Source: an uncultured Gemmatimonadaceae bacterium
GTDB taxonomy: Bacteria > Gemmatimonadota > Gemmatimonadetes > Gemmatimonadales > Gemmatimonadaceae
Assembly: GCA_963843845.1 (NCBI GenBank)
Contig: CAWJMB010000002.1
Coordinates: 2,560,001 to 2,624,000, forward strand
Direction of reading: 5' to 3'
DNA length: 64,000 bases
The notes under the pieces were generated by a model that did not search any database, was not told where the DNA came from, and worked only from the letters and a program-made list of their open reading frames with translations. This document shows, piece by piece, positions 38,340-53,150 of this stretch. Every line of letters starts with the position of its first letter. Within the stretch, counting starts at the first letter, position 1. The position numbers and the translations under genes are program-made.

Positions 38340-38971
38340 ATGCCAACGATCTACACGCCCTACATCATCGAACGATCCAGCCGCGGCGAGCGGACGTACG
38401 ACATCTTCTCGCGCCTGCTGATGGACCGCATCATCTTCCTCGGCACGCCGATCAACGACGACGTCGCGAACATCGTGATCGCGCAGCTGCTCTTCCTCGA
38501 CAGCGACAATCCGGGGAAGGACATCAGCATCTACATCAACTCGCCGGGCGGCAGCGTGTCGGCGGGGCTCGCGATGTACGACACGATGCGCTTTCTCCGG
38601 TCGCCCGTCTCGACGACTGCATGGGGATGGCGGCGAGCATGGGGTGCTTCCTGCTCGCGGCCGGGGGGGCGAAAGGCAAGCGCTTCGCGCTGCCGCACTC
38701 GCGCATCATGATGCACCAGCCGTCCGGCGGCGCGCAGGGCACGGCGTCGGACATCGAAGTCGCGGCGAAGGAGATTCTCTATCTCCGCGCGAAGATGAAC
38801 GAGCTGATGTCGAACCACACCGGCCAGCCGATCGAGCGCATCGAGCGCGACTTCGACCGCGACTACTACATGTCGGCGGACGAGGCGAAGAACTACGGCA
38901 TCATCGACGAGGTCATCTCGGCGCCGGGTGCGATCGTCGACGAGAGCAAGCAGCCGACGGTGACGGCGTAG
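38340..38971 (+). CDS. clpP: Clp protease proteolytic subunit; frameshift near 38615
   Basis: [35 protein letters not shown]. Confidence 0.95.
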
Positions 38972-39061
38972 CGGTCGGTCAACGGTTGACCGTTCCGCGC
39001 CGATACTATTACGTGCCTTCGGGGTCAGGCCCCGGACCCCGATCACGCTTCACCGCGCCTC

Positions 39062-40309
<1,248 letters not shown>

Positions 40310-40318
40310 CGACGAACG

Positions 40319-40342
40319 ACAACGCCCTGCACAGGGCGTTGT
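40319..40342 (+). terminator. Hairpin between clpX and lon
   Basis: ACAACGCCCT-GCAC-AGGGCGTTGT followed by TAGTTT. Confidence 0.4.
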
Positions 40343-40353
40343 TAGTTTCCGGC

Positions 40354-42836
<2,483 letters not shown>

Positions 42837-42840
<4 letters not shown>

Positions 42841-43475
42841 GCGCCGACCCGCTCGTCATTCGACGCATCGACTACCTCGGCCCGATGGCGAGCGCGGGGG
42901 GGTGGCGGCCGGAGCCGAACCTTCCCGAGGTCGCGTTCGGCGGCCGCTCGAACGTCGGCAAGTCGTCGCTCATCAACCGACTCGTCCGCCGGAAGTCGCT
43001 CGCGCGCGTCAGCAACACGCCCGGGCGGACGCGCGAGATCCACTTCTTCGCGATCAACGACCTGTTCACCCTCGTCGACCTCCCGGGCTACGGCTACGCG
43101 CGCATCTCGAAGGCGCGGCAGGCCGAGTGGAAGCCGCTCATCGAAGGGCTGCTGCGCCACAGCGCACCGCTCCGCGGCGTCGTGCAGTTGCTGGACGCGC
43201 GGCACGATCCGACCGACGACGATGTGCAGATGCTCGACTTCCTGGCCGAGATCGGCGCGCCGACGATCTTCGTGGCGACGAAAGTCGACAAGCTGTCGCG
43301 CCGGGACGTCGACGCGCGCATCACCGCGCTGGCTCAGCGCATCGGCGGCGACCCGGAACAGATCATTCCGTTCAGCGCGGTCACGGGCGAGGGGCGCGAC
43401 GATCTCGCGGCCGCGATCGTCGCGCTCGTCGGCGGGCCGTCGTGGCGCGCCGAGCGAGCGCCTGAGGCGCCGTGA
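42837..43475 (+). CDS. engB: Ribosome biogenesis GTPase YihA/EngB
   Basis: GRSNVGKSS, PGRT, DLPGYGYA, TKVDK. Confidence 0.95.
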
Positions 43476-44158
43476 TCGAACGGCGCCTCAGGCGCTCGCT
43501 CGGCGCGCTGTCGATGGCGGGCGCGGGAGCGTGTGCGGCCGCGAGCGCGGGAAGTGTGGGGAGCGCGGCGGGGGGCGGCACGATGTCCGCAGATGTCGGC
43601 GTGACGACGGCGCAGGACTCGACGCGCCTCGTCCCACCCGGGCTCGGCACGCTGCGACAGGACGACGTCGCGATCCGGCTCACGCTCGACGGCGGGGTCA
43701 CGGTGCGACTCATTCCGCTCGACGAGAGCGTGATCCGGCTGCTCTCGCGCGACTCGTATCAGTCGCTGCACGACCTGGCGGCCGGACGCGCGGCGCAGTT
43801 GCGCGAGATCGCGCGACGCGCCGGGAACGCGCGGCTGAGCGTGTGGCAGGCGACCTTCTACGGCACCGAACAGGCGGAGGCGCGCTTCAGCCCTCAGGAG
43901 GTCATCGTCACGACGGGTGGGCGCGACTTCCGGCCGCTCGACATCGTGCCCCTCACGCCGGGCTTCGGGTCGCAGCGCATCCGCCAGCGCGGCGTGCAGA
44001 GCGCGCTCTACGCGTTCGACGGCACACTCGACGTGAATCAGCCGCAGCTGGTCGTCACCGTGCAGGGCGCGCGCGACGGGTCGTGGGGCAGCGCGGTGCT
44101 GCCGCGCCTCGAGCGCGAGCGCGCCCTCGTTCGCACGCGCACGCAGCAGCGCCCCTGA
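43472..44158 (+). CDS. Hypothetical lipoprotein
   Basis: Coupled to engB, AGAC lipobox-like motif and typical codon usage. Confidence 0.7.
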   Translation: MIERRLRRSLGALSMAGAGACAAASAGSVGSAAGGGTMSADVGVTTAQDSTRLVPPGLGTLRQDDVAIRLTLDGGVTVRLIPLDESVIRLLSRDSYQSLHDLAAGRAAQLREIARRAGNARLSVWQATFYGTEQAEARFSPQEVIVTTGGRDFRPLDIVPLTPGFGSQRIRQRGVQSALYAFDGTLDVNQPQLVVTVQGARDGSWGSAVLPRLERERALVRTRTQQRP

Positions 44159-44464
44159 CCCCTCCGCCGATGCCCGCGCCGCGCGTGCCACTCCACGATG
44201 TCAGCGCCGTGAATCAGCGGTGCCGGCCACTCGGCGAGGGCGCGTGGCGCGAGCGCGACGCCGAGTTCATGGCGCGGGCACACACGCCGGGCGAGGCTGC
44301 GGCGTGGTGGCGGCGCGGATGGGGTATGCTCGACGGCGAGCTGGACGCGCGCACCGTTCGGCGCTCCGGAAGGCGGCTCGCAGGCGTACGACACCGACCC
44401 GTCGTCGGAGACGGCTCCGTCTGACGGTCGGCTCGGCAGGACCACAACTCGCACACTCCTCGCG

Positions 44465-45322
44465 ATGCCCCTGATTCCGCTACGCCAGCTCTCCGACCGC
44501 TCGACGGCCGCGCTCACGACGTCGTGGCTCGAAGCGATCGACGACCGGCTGCGCGCCGACGGCGGCGACACGCCCGAGGCGCGTGCCCTGCTCTGCCGCG
44601 ACACGCTCGGCGCGCTGTTGTACCCGACGTACGCGAGCGACCTGGAGAGCGCGGTCGCGGACGAGGCTCTTCCCCTCGGGACGCGGCTCGCGCTCGCGAC
44701 GCTCGACCCGCGCAACGTGACGCTCGAGCCCGAGTACTACGGCGAGTGCGACGACGCGCAGTTTCAGCGCGTCAAGCCGCTGCTCTGGCTCTGGTACTCG
44801 TTCGACCGCAGCCCGTTAGGCGGCCAGCTCGTCGACGTCGGCGTGCGCCTCCGCCGACTGCTCGCGCCGCACATCTTCCGGCGGTGCGGCGAGAACTTCA
44901 AGTGCTTCCAGCACGTCGAGTTCTCGTTCGGTTACAACATGGAGGTCGGTGACGACGTGGTGATTCACCGCCACGTGCTGCTCGACGACCGCGGCGGGAT
45001 CGTGCTGGGGAACCGCGTGTCGGTCTCGGACTACGCGAACGTCTACAGCCACACGCACAGCATCGTCGAGCAGAAGGACGTGACGAACGTGACCACCGTG
45101 CTCGGAGACGGGGTGCGCGTGACGTATCACGCGACGATCCTCGCCGGGGTCCACGTCGGCGAGCAGGGAATGGTCGGCGCGGTGGCGGTGGCGACGAAGG
45201 ACGTGCGGCCGTACCACGTGAACGTCGGCATTCCGGCGAAGAGCATCACGATCAAGCCGAACGCGCCGCCGCAGGACTGCCACGTGTCGCCGGCGGCGCG
45301 GGAGAAGGCGCGGAAGGGCTAG
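44465..45322 (+). CDS. Hexapeptide-repeat acyltransferase
   Basis: VGDDVVIHRHVLL, LGNRVSV, LGDGVRV, VGIPAK. Confidence 0.88.
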   Translation: MPLIPLRQLSDRSTAALTTSWLEAIDDRLRADGGDTPEARALLCRDTLGALLYPTYASDLESAVADEALPLGTRLALATLDPRNVTLEPEYYGECDDAQFQRVKPLLWLWYSFDRSPLGGQLVDVGVRLRRLLAPHIFRRCGENFKCFQHVEFSFGYNMEVGDDVVIHRHVLLDDRGGIVLGNRVSVSDYANVYSHTHSIVEQKDVTNVTTVLGDGVRVTYHATILAGVHVGEQGMVGAVAVATKDVRPYHVNVGIPAKSITIKPNAPPQDCHVSPAAREKARKG

Positions 45323-45786
45323 ACGACGCGCAGGACGTCTTCGAGCGGCCCGGCGTCGCCGGCGCCCAGCAGCTGGACGATGTGATCGAGGGCCTCGCGC
45401 TCGCGCGGCCAGGCGAACCGCGCGCGGGCCGCCTCGAGCGGCAGCCACTCGGCGGTCTGATGCTCGGCGCTCAACGCCGGTTCGGTCGGCGCGTCGACGA
45501 ACGCGCAGAAGACGACGGCCAGCTGCACGCTGCCGACGCCGTGCAGGTAGAACGCCTGGGTCGTGACGTTGTAGAGGCGGGCGACGGCGAGGCCGGTCTC
45601 CTCCCGGACCTCGCGGAGGGCGGCGTGCTCCGGGCGCTCGCCGCGCTCGATGCGGCCGTGCACGGTCTCCCACGCGAGCGGGCAGCGCGTGCCCGTGGCG
45701 GCCCGCTGGAGGACGAGCAGGCGCCACCCCGTCGGGGCGGGGTGAATGACGTAGACGTCGACGACGCCGACTTCCAGGGCGGTCAT
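45319..45786 (-). CDS. NUDIX hydrolase
   Basis: GRIERGERPEHAALREVREETG, LSAEH. Confidence 0.9.
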   Translation of the reverse strand: MTALEVGVVDVYVIHPAPTGWRLLVLQRAATGTRCPLAWETVHGRIERGERPEHAALREVREETGLAVARLYNVTTQAFYLHGVGSVQLAVVFCAFVDAPTEPALSAEHQTAEWLPLEAARARFAWPREREALDHIVQLLGAGDAGPLEDVLRVV

Positions 45787-45840
45787 TGGGTTGAAGGTAA
45801 CGGCGGCATCGGTGGGGCGCGGGCGCGAGGGCGGCGTGCG

Positions 45841-47517
45841 CTACGTGAGCTCGAACAGTGCGTCGAGGGCGGGGAGCGGGGCCGGGACGTCGCGACGGGC
45901 GTGCGGCGGGTCGAGGCAACGGTGCAGCTCCTCGATGTCCGTGACACCGCGCGCGGCGTGGTCGAGAGCACACTCCCACAGCGAGCGCATGCCGGACGCG
46001 CGCGCCGCGTCGCCGATGCTCGATGCGCCGTCGCCGCGGGTGATCCGACGCGCGAGCTCGGCGTCGCACGCGAGGAGCTCGACGGCGGCGACGCGGCCGC
46101 GGTAGCCACTCCCGTCGCACCGCGGGCATGCTGCCTGTCCGCTCGGCGGCTCGGCTCGCTGGCAGGCGTCGCAGAGGCGGCGCAGGAGCCGCTGCGCGAC
46201 GACGCCGCGGAGCGCCGCCGCGAGCTTGAAGGGCTCGACGCCGAGGTCCGCGAGGCGCGCCACGGCGCTCGGCGCGTCGACGGTGTGGAGCGTCGAGAGC
46301 ACGAGATGGCCCGTGAGCGCGGCCTGCGCGGCGATCGACGCGGTCTCGCGATCGCGGATCTCGCCGACGAGGATGACGTCGGGGTCCTGGCGCAGGATCG
46401 AGCGCAGCGCGGCCGCGAACGTGAGGCCGGTGCGCTCGTTCACCTGGACCTGCGCGATGCCGGGGAGTCGGTATTCGACCGGGTCCTCGACCGTGACGAC
46501 GTTGACGCCGCGCTGCTGCACGTGGCGGAGTGCGGCATAGAGCGTCGTCGTCTTGCCGGAGCCGGTCGGACCGGTGACGAGGATCAGCCCCTCGCGCGCG
46601 CTCGAGCAGGGCGTGCAGTCGCGCGGCGTCAGCTGCAACGAGCCCCAACGTGTCGAGGCCGAGCGACGTCTTGCGCGCGTCGAGCACGCGGAGCACGACC
46701 TTCTCGCCCTGCGACGCCGGCAGCGTCGAGACACGGAGGTCGAGCGGGCGGCCGTCGACAGTGACGTGCGCGCGGCCGTCCTGCGGACGCATGCGGTCGG
46801 CGATGTCGAGCCCCGCCATGATCTTGATGCGCGACACGACGGCCGCCCCGGCGTCGCGTGCGAAGGTCCCGCCGTCGCGCAGCACGCCGTCGATCCGGAA
46901 GCGCACGGCGACGCCGGCGTCGCTGCATTCGAGGTGCAGGTCGCTCGCCCCCCCCGCACGCCGCGCGCGACGATCTCGTCGACGAGCATGACGGTCGTTC
47001 GTGTCTCCTCGCGCGCCGTCGGCGCCGGCGCCGGCCGCTGCGCCTGCTCGGGGACGCCCGGGTGGGCGCGATCGACCCCGCTCTCACGGATCGCGTCGCG
47101 ATACAGCGCGTCGATCCCCGCGATGACCACGCTCGGCGGCGCGACGGCGAGGCGCACGCGCCGGCCGCTTCCCGCCGCGATCGCGCGCTCGGCGTCCGCA
47201 TCGCCGGGCGTGGCAGTGGCGAGCGTGAGCACGGTCTCGGAGGCGCGGAGCGGGAGCACCCCGAGCCGCCGCGCGAGGTACTCGGGGACGAGGCGGCGGA
47301 GCGCGGGGTCGAGCGTGCCGACGACAGCGACGCCGATGCCGAAGTGTCGCGCGATCCGCGACGACAGCGCCCGGTCGTCGCAGTCGAGCGCGCGGCAGGC
47401 AGCGTACCAGAGCGAGTCGCCGCCCGCGCGCCGGTCGAGCGCATCGAGCGCGTCGCGCCCGACGACGAGCCGGAGCACGGCGTGGAGGCGGTCGTCCGGT
47501 GTCGGCGCAGTCGACAT
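45841..47517 (-). CDS. GspE/PilB family secretion/pilus ATPase; two or more frameshifts
   Basis: N-terminal MshEN/GSPII-like region, [40 protein letters not shown], Cys4 zinc motif. Confidence 0.88.
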   Translation of the reverse strand: MSTAPTPDDRLHAVLRLVVGRDALDALDRRAGGDSLWYAACRALDCDDRALSSRIARHFGIGVAVVGTLDPALRRLVPEYLARRLGVLPLRASETVLTLATATPGDADAERAIAAGSGRRVRLAVAPPSVVIAGIDALYRDAIRESGVDRAHPGVPEQAQRPAPAPTAREETRTTVMLVDEIVARGVRGGRATCTSNAATPASPCASGSTACCATAGPSHATPGRPSCRASRSWRGSTSPTACVRRTAARTSLSTAARSTSVSRRCRRRRARRSCSACSTRARRRSASTRWGSLQLTPRDCTPCSSAREGLILVTGPTGSGKTTTLYAALRHVQQRGVNVVTVEDPVEYRLPGIAQVQVNERTGLTFAAALRSILRQDPDVILVGEIRDRETASIAAQAALTGHLVLSTLHTVDAPSAVARLADLGVEPFKLAAALRGVVAQRLLRRLCDACQRAEPPSGQAACPRCDGSGYRGRVAAVELLACDAELARRITRGDGASSIGDAARASGMRSLWECALDHAARGVTDIEELHRCLDPPHARRDVPAPLPALDALFELT

Positions 47518-47591
47518 GCGACGACGGTAGGCGGCGTCGCCCCGGCAGTCCGTACCGAGGCGACGCGCCCGACGGCAAACGGTTGCAGCCC

Positions 47592-49730
47592 CTACAGGAT
47601 GCGCCAGAACTCCCGCGTCACGTCGAACGAGAACATCCACCGACCGTCGCGGAGCCCTCGGGCGACGTCGACACGCAGCACGTCGTAGAAGACATACGCC
47701 CCGAGGCCGAGTGCCGGGAACCAGCCGCCGCTCGTGCGGCGGGACCGGCCGGCCTGCGATGGCCGCGCGACGTACACAGTGTGGGCGAAGGGCGCGAGCG
47801 TGGCCGCGGCAGGCGTCCGGCCGTACTGGCCCAGCGGGATCGACACGAACGGAACCGGCTGGCGCAGCTCCACGCGCTGGGATGCCGCGAAGCGCGCCGC
47901 GAACTCGTGGAACCCATAGCCGGGTCCGGTCACCGGACCACCGAGGTAGATCAGGTCCTGCTGGGGCACCGGCGATAGGCCCGGCGCCGCGCTGCCGACC
48001 GCCGTCGAGCCACCGCGCGCGCCCGTGACGACGCCGAGCGTGGTGTGCGACACGAGCCGCCGATCACCGAACGGACGCTCCACGCGAGCGCCGAGCGCGA
48101 GCCTCGCCACCGCGCCGCACGCCGCGTCGTCGCACCCGAGTCGTCCGCCGCGCGCCGACCAGAGCGCACCGCGCGCCTGCGCTCGCGCGCCCCAGTCTGC
48201 GCCGAGCGGCCCCGGCATCAGCGGCCGCTCGGCGCCCAACGACAGCCGCAGGGCGTCGAGCGACCGTGCCGCGATCGTAGGCTCGTAGCGGCCGTTGAAG
48301 GGCGATGCGTTCACGCGGAGGGACCCCTGTCGCTCGAGCGAGAGCTCCGCGGCCGGCCGGAACCCGAGCCACGCTGGTGCGCCGTCGACGCCGAGCGAGA
48401 CGCCGCGCGTGTCGAAGGGGTCGGTGTAGTCGCTGCCGAACTCCTGGGCGGCGAGTGTGTTGCGGACGAGCGACACCTCGGGCTCGTCGCCTGCCTCTCG
48501 GTAGTCGCGGAACACCGTGAGGCGCGCCGTGGCACCGCTGGCCCACTCGCGCTGGAGCGCGACGCGCAGCTTGGCGTCCTCGTCGTCGAACCCGTAGCGC
48601 GCCCGCGTCGCGACGCTCACGCCGCCGCCGAGTCGCAGCAGATAGCCGGCGCCCAGCGCGAGTCCCTCGACGCGGTTGACGCGTGCGAAGTCGGAGACCG
48701 ACCGCGCCGAGATCGTCCTGCCGCGCGCGCGCGCGAGCACATCGCGTCGTACCAGCCGCTGCGCCTCGAGCTGCACGCGTCGAACGTCGTCGTCGGAGAC
48801 CATGCGGACGTCGGCGGGGAGCGAGTCGAGCACGCGGCCGGCGAACGGGTAGGCGCGTCGCGCCGCGAGGGGGAGGAACTCGAGCGCCGGCCCGGCGAAC
48901 GTCTGCGGCGGGAGCTCGAGGTTCACCGCGTACTCGCCAATCTCCCAGCGCGCGCGGATGATGCCGTGCGCCGGAAAGTCGAGGAACGTGCCCGAGCGGC
49001 GCACCTCGACCTCCTGCCGCCGCGGCAGCCAGAAGCGACCCTGCACGAGCGCATTCTCGAGCACGATCGCGACGCTCTCGTTGCGCCTGTCGAGGTACGA
49101 GGTGCGCGTGAACGTGAACGCCATCCTGACGACCTGCGCGTCGTCGCGATCGACGAAGAGCGAGCCGACGAAGCGTGGCCGCGTCCCGTCTTTCGGGCGG
49201 ACCTGGACCTCGATGACCGAGAGCGTGTTGCCGCCGACGCGAATCTGCAGCGAGTCGCGGACGGCGAAGTCGTAGGCCGCGAGCCCGGCGCCGGACAGCG
49301 GATGCGGCACGTCCGCGACGTCGTTGCCGTTCCCGACGCGGATGATCTCGGGGAAGTTGTTCTGCACGATGCCGAAGCGATCGCGGTAGAACTCGTTGTC
49401 GGTCGGAAGCAGCGTCGTGTCGCGTTCGCCGACGACGCGCTGCTTGCTGACGTTCGGCGCCTTCCAGTACACCTCGGTGGCGATCTGCGTCGCCTGGATG
49501 ACGCGCGGCAGCTCGATCTCGCCGAGCTGGCCGAGGAAGGTGAGATAGCCGCGCGCCGTCGCCCGATAATCGTGCAGCGCCGTGTCGGCGAGTTGCGTCA
49601 CGCGTCGCGTCGTCGCACGCGCCGCGAGCTCGAGTGCCTGCGGCGCGTTCCACGCGCGCGGGTCGGTCGCCGACTGCGCGTGCGCGCGCGCGCCGAGTGT
49701 CATCAGCAGAGCAAGTACAAGTCGCCGCAT
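47592..49730 (-). CDS. Large secreted or outer-membrane hypothetical protein
   Basis: Signal peptide [26 protein letters not shown] motif and a beta-strand-rich C-terminal half. Confidence 0.72.
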   Translation of the reverse strand: MRRLVLALLMTLGARAHAQSATDPRAWNAPQALELAARATTRRVTQLADTALHDYRATARGYLTFLGQLGEIELPRVIQATQIATEVYWKAPNVSKQRVVGERDTTLLPTDNEFYRDRFGIVQNNFPEIIRVGNGNDVADVPHPLSGAGLAAYDFAVRDSLQIRVGGNTLSVIEVQVRPKDGTRPRFVGSLFVDRDDAQVVRMAFTFTRTSYLDRRNESVAIVLENALVQGRFWLPRRQEVEVRRSGTFLDFPAHGIIRARWEIGEYAVNLELPPQTFAGPALEFLPLAARRAYPFAGRVLDSLPADVRMVSDDDVRRVQLEAQRLVRRDVLARARGRTISARSVSDFARVNRVEGLALGAGYLLRLGGGVSVATRARYGFDDEDAKLRVALQREWASGATARLTVFRDYREAGDEPEVSLVRNTLAAQEFGSDYTDPFDTRGVSLGVDGAPAWLGFRPAAELSLERQGSLRVNASPFNGRYEPTIAARSLDALRLSLGAERPLMPGPLGADWGARAQARGALWSARGGRLGCDDAACGAVARLALGARVERPFGDRRLVSHTTLGVVTGARGGSTAVGSAAPGLSPVPQQDLIYLGGPVTGPGYGFHEFAARFAASQRVELRQPVPFVSIPLGQYGRTPAAATLAPFAHTVYVARPSQAGRSRRTSGGWFPALGLGAYVFYDVLRVDVARGLRDGRWMFSFDVTREFWRIL

Positions 49731-49772
49731 GCGCGAAGTCTACCGAGCGACGGGGGCGAATACATTTCGCGC

Positions 49773-51317
49773 ATGCATTCGTTCGACGACTTCCGCGCAC
49801 TCGTCACCGCGTCGACCGCCGAGTGCCCGGCCGGCGGCTCGCTCGTGCCGGTGTGGGCCGACATGCTGCTCGACACGGACACGCCGGTGAGCGCGTTCGC
49901 GAAGCTGCGGCGCGGGCCGTTCGCGTTCCTGCTCGAGAGCGCGCCGGCCGGCGGCGAGACCTGGGCGCGCTATACGTACCTCGGCACCGAGCCGCGCGCG
50001 GCGTGGCGGCTCACCGACGGCGTGGTCGACGAGTGGACGGCGGAACGCGGCTGGCACGGCGCACGCACGCCTGCCGACCCGATCGCCGACCTGCAGCGCC
50101 TCCTCGTCGCCCGACGCCCGATCGACGTGCCCGCGCTCGGCCCGTTCTGGAGCGGCGCGGTCGGGTACTTCGGGTACGACATCGTGCGCCACATCGAGCG
50201 GCTGCCGTCGCCGCCGCCGCGCACGATCGCCGCGCCGGATGCGCTCTTTCTGTTCACCGACGCCCTCGTCGTCATCGACAACCTGCGCGCGCAGGCGCGC
50301 GTCGTCGTCGGGGTGCCGGTCGGCGAGCGCGAGCGCGGCGACGAGCGCGCCCTGCACGCGGCGTGGGAGGGCGCGCAGCGAACGATCGGCGAGACGATCG
50401 CGCGGCTGCGCACGCCGCAACCGCTCGCGCCGCTCGACCTCGACCCGAGCGCGCCGCCCGCGACCGGAGAGATCGGCTACCAGCGCGACGACTACCTGCG
50501 CGACGTCGAGCGGATCAAGGAATACATCCGCGCCGGCGACGCCTTTCAGGTGCTGCTCGCGCGACGGATGCGGGTCCCGCACGACTTCGCGAGCGAGTCG
50601 CTCTATCGTGCCCTGCGCGCGATCAACCCGTCGCCGTACATGTTCCATCTCGTCCTCGACGGTGTGGAGCTCGTCGGCTCGTCGCCCGAGTTGCTGGTGC
50701 GCGTCGCCGACGGCCGCGCGACGGTGCGCCCGATCGCCGGCACCCGTCCGCGCGGCGCGACGCCCGCGGAGGACGACGCGATGGAGGCCGACCTGCTGGC
50801 CGACGAGAAGGAACGCGCGGAGCACCTGATGCTCGTCGACCTCGGGCGCAACGACGTGGGGCGCGTCGCGCGCTACGGGTCGGTCGACGTCACGAGTCTC
50901 ATGCACGTCGAGCGCTACTCGCACGTGCTGCACATCGTGAGTCAGGTCGAGGGCACGCTCGTCGACGGCGCGTCGGCGCTCGACGCATTCCGGGCGACGT
51001 TCCCCGCAGGAACGATGACCGGCGCGCCGAAGGTCCGCGCGATGGAGATCATCGACGAGCTCGAGCCGGAGCGACGCGGGCCGTACTCCGGCGCGGTCGG
51101 CTACATCGCGGCGGGTGACGAGCGGATGGACCTCGCGATCACGATCCGCACATGCGTCATCGCCGACGGCGTCGCGAACGTGCAGGCCGGGGGCGGCATC
51201 GTCTACGACTCCGATCCGGTCAAAGAGTGGGAGGAGACGGAGAACAAGGCGCGTGCGATGCTGACGGCGATCGGCCGCGTGCGCGCGCCATCGCGGACGA
51301 CCGATCGGGGGGCGTAG
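49773..51317 (+). CDS. trpE: Anthranilate synthase component I
   Basis: FLLESA, NPSPYMF, PIAGTRPRG, EHLMLVDLGRND, TGAPKVRAM, QAGGGIV. Confidence 0.92.
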   Translation: MHSFDDFRALVTASTAECPAGGSLVPVWADMLLDTDTPVSAFAKLRRGPFAFLLESAPAGGETWARYTYLGTEPRAAWRLTDGVVDEWTAERGWHGARTPADPIADLQRLLVARRPIDVPALGPFWSGAVGYFGYDIVRHIERLPSPPPRTIAAPDALFLFTDALVVIDNLRAQARVVVGVPVGERERGDERALHAAWEGAQRTIGETIARLRTPQPLAPLDLDPSAPPATGEIGYQRDDYLRDVERIKEYIRAGDAFQVLLARRMRVPHDFASESLYRALRAINPSPYMFHLVLDGVELVGSSPELLVRVADGRATVRPIAGTRPRGATPAEDDAMEADLLADEKERAEHLMLVDLGRNDVGRVARYGSVDVTSLMHVERYSHVLHIVSQVEGTLVDGASALDAFRATFPAGTMTGAPKVRAMEIIDELEPERRGPYSGAVGYIAAGDERMDLAITIRTCVIADGVANVQAGGGIVYDSDPVKEWEETENKARAMLTAIGRVRAPSRTTDRGA

Positions 51318-51326
51318 ATTCGTCGG

Positions 51327-53150
51327 ATGACGCTCGCGCTCGTCGACTTCTCGGGCCGCCCGATCGCCGCGCTTCCCGCCGGGTCGCGGATCGTCGTCGG
51401 GCGCGCGGCCGAGTGCGAGGTGACGCTGACCGATCCGACGATCTCCCGCCGTCACGCCGAGCTGCGCGGCGACGACGACGTGCTCACGGTGCGCGACCTC
51501 GGGTCGCGCAACGGCACGTTCCGGAACGGGCAGCGGATCGACGCGGCACAGTTGCGCGCCGGCGACGCGGTGACGTTCGGCGGGTTGACGCTGCGGGTCG
51601 CGGCCGCGCCGCCGCCGGCGCTCGCCCCGGCGGCAGTCGCCCCGGCGGCAGTCGCCCCGGCGCCCGCGGCGCCGTCGATCGCCGCGGCACCACCGTCGGC
51701 CCTGCCGCCCGCGCCGTCGAGCGATGACGCGGCGCAGTGGTACGCGGCCGCGGCGCAGGAGCAGTCGCTCCGAGCGGAGGGAGCGGCGGTCGGTGCGGCG
51801 CCGCCGGCTCCGGCACTCGAGGCGGACGAGCCGGCGCCCGACGCACCGGCACCGCACCGCTCGATCGAGGAGGCGCCGAACGCGGTCGCCGACGCCGAGC
51901 CGTCGCCGGTCGAGCAGCAGCCGACGCCCGACGACGAACCGCTGTCGATCGTCGCCGAGCTGGGCGACGCGACGCCCGGGCACGAGATGGCTGCGCGCAA
52001 GCTCGCGCTCCTGCTCGACGTGGCGAAGCGGCTGGGCACGGCGACGGATCCCGCCGTCCTGCTGGAGCGTGTCGTCAGCTCCGCGTTCGAGACGCTCGAG
52101 GCGGACCGCGCGGTCATCCTGCTGGCCGAGGCGGACGGCACGCTCCGGCCGGCCGTCGCGCGCGATCGGTGGGGCGCCGATCTCGTCGCGAACGAGGCCG
52201 CGCGCGCCGTGCCGCGGTCGATCGCGAACGCCGCGATCGAACGGCGCGCTGCGCTGCTCTCCATGAACGCCGCCGTCGACCCGCGGTTCGGCGGGCAGTC
52301 GATCATGCAGCAGCGTGTGCGTTCCGCGATGTGCGCGCCGCTCCTCGGCTCCGAGGCGGTACCGTTAGGCGTGCTGTACGTCGACAGCGGCGCGCCAGGC
52401 CACAGCTTCGAGCCGGCGGATCTCGACTTCCTCGCTGCGTTCGCCGGCATCACCGCCGCCGCGCTCGAGACGGCGCGACTCGCCGAGCGCCTGCGGCGGG
52501 AGGCGGTCGCGCGCGGCAACTTCGAGCGCTACTTCGCGCCGAACGTCGCGGCGCGCATCGCGCAGTCGAACGAGGTCGTGCGGCCCGGAGGCGAGCGACG
52601 TCACGTCACGGTGCTGTTCGGCGACCTGCGCGGCTTCACGCGCTTCGCCGCCGGCGCGTCCCCCGACGCGGTCGCAGCGACCGTGAGCGAGTTCCTCAGC
52701 GCGATGGTCGACTGCGTGTTCCGCCATGGCGGCACGCTCGACAAGTTCATCGGCGACGCGGTCATGGCGCAGTGGGGCGCGCCCGAGGGCGACGCGAACG
52801 ACGCCGACCGCGCGATGTGCGCTGCGCTCGACATGCTCGATGCGCTCGACACGCTGAACCTGCGGTGGCAGCGCGAGGGGCGCGAGTCGCTCGCGATGGG
52901 AATCGGCATGGCGTACGGCGAAGTGTTCGCCGGCAACATCGGCTCCGAGCGCCGCCTCGAGTTCACCGTCCTCGGCGACGCGGTCAACCTGGCGAGCCGG
53001 CTGTGCGACGCGGCCGGTCCGAACGTGATTCTCGTCGGCGACTCGCTGCGCAGTGCCCTCCACGCCCCCCCGCCGATGCGCGCAGGCACCGAGCCGGTCG
53101 CCGACGCCGGTGACGCGCCGATCTGGGTCGTCGCGCGGCGCACGAGCTGA
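51327..53150 (+). CDS. FHA-GAF-class III adenylate/guanylate cyclase
   Basis: FHA (GR, SRRHA, SRNGT), Pro/Ala linker, GAF (SAMCAPL..LGVLYVD), cyclase (FGDLRGFT, DKFIGD, TVLGDAVNLASRL). Confidence 0.9.
   Translation: MTLALVDFSGRPIAALPAGSRIVVGRAAECEVTLTDPTISRRHAELRGDDDVLTVRDLGSRNGTFRNGQRIDAAQLRAGDAVTFGGLTLRVAAAPPPALAPAAVAPAAVAPAPAAPSIAAAPPSALPPAPSSDDAAQWYAAAAQEQSLRAEGAAVGAAPPAPALEADEPAPDAPAPHRSIEEAPNAVADAEPSPVEQQPTPDDEPLSIVAELGDATPGHEMAARKLALLLDVAKRLGTATDPAVLLERVVSSAFETLEADRAVILLAEADGTLRPAVARDRWGADLVANEAARAVPRSIANAAIERRAALLSMNAAVDPRFGGQSIMQQRVRSAMCAPLLGSEAVPLGVLYVDSGAPGHSFEPADLDFLAAFAGITAAALETARLAERLRREAVARGNFERYFAPNVAARIAQSNEVVRPGGERRHVTVLFGDLRGFTRFAAGASPDAVAATVSEFLSAMVDCVFRHGGTLDKFIGDAVMAQWGAPEGDANDADRAMCAALDMLDALDTLNLRWQREGRESLAMGIGMAYGEVFAGNIGSERRLEFTVLGDAVNLASRLCDAAGPNVILVGDSLRSALHAPPPMRAGTEPVADAGDAPIWVVARRTS

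Noticed and set aside
49773..51317. trpE without an adjacent trpG
   Set aside because: Dispersed trp genes are common, so this is not notable on its own.
51600..51960. Ala/Pro-rich repeats in the cyclase
   Set aside because: Ordinary low-complexity interdomain linker.
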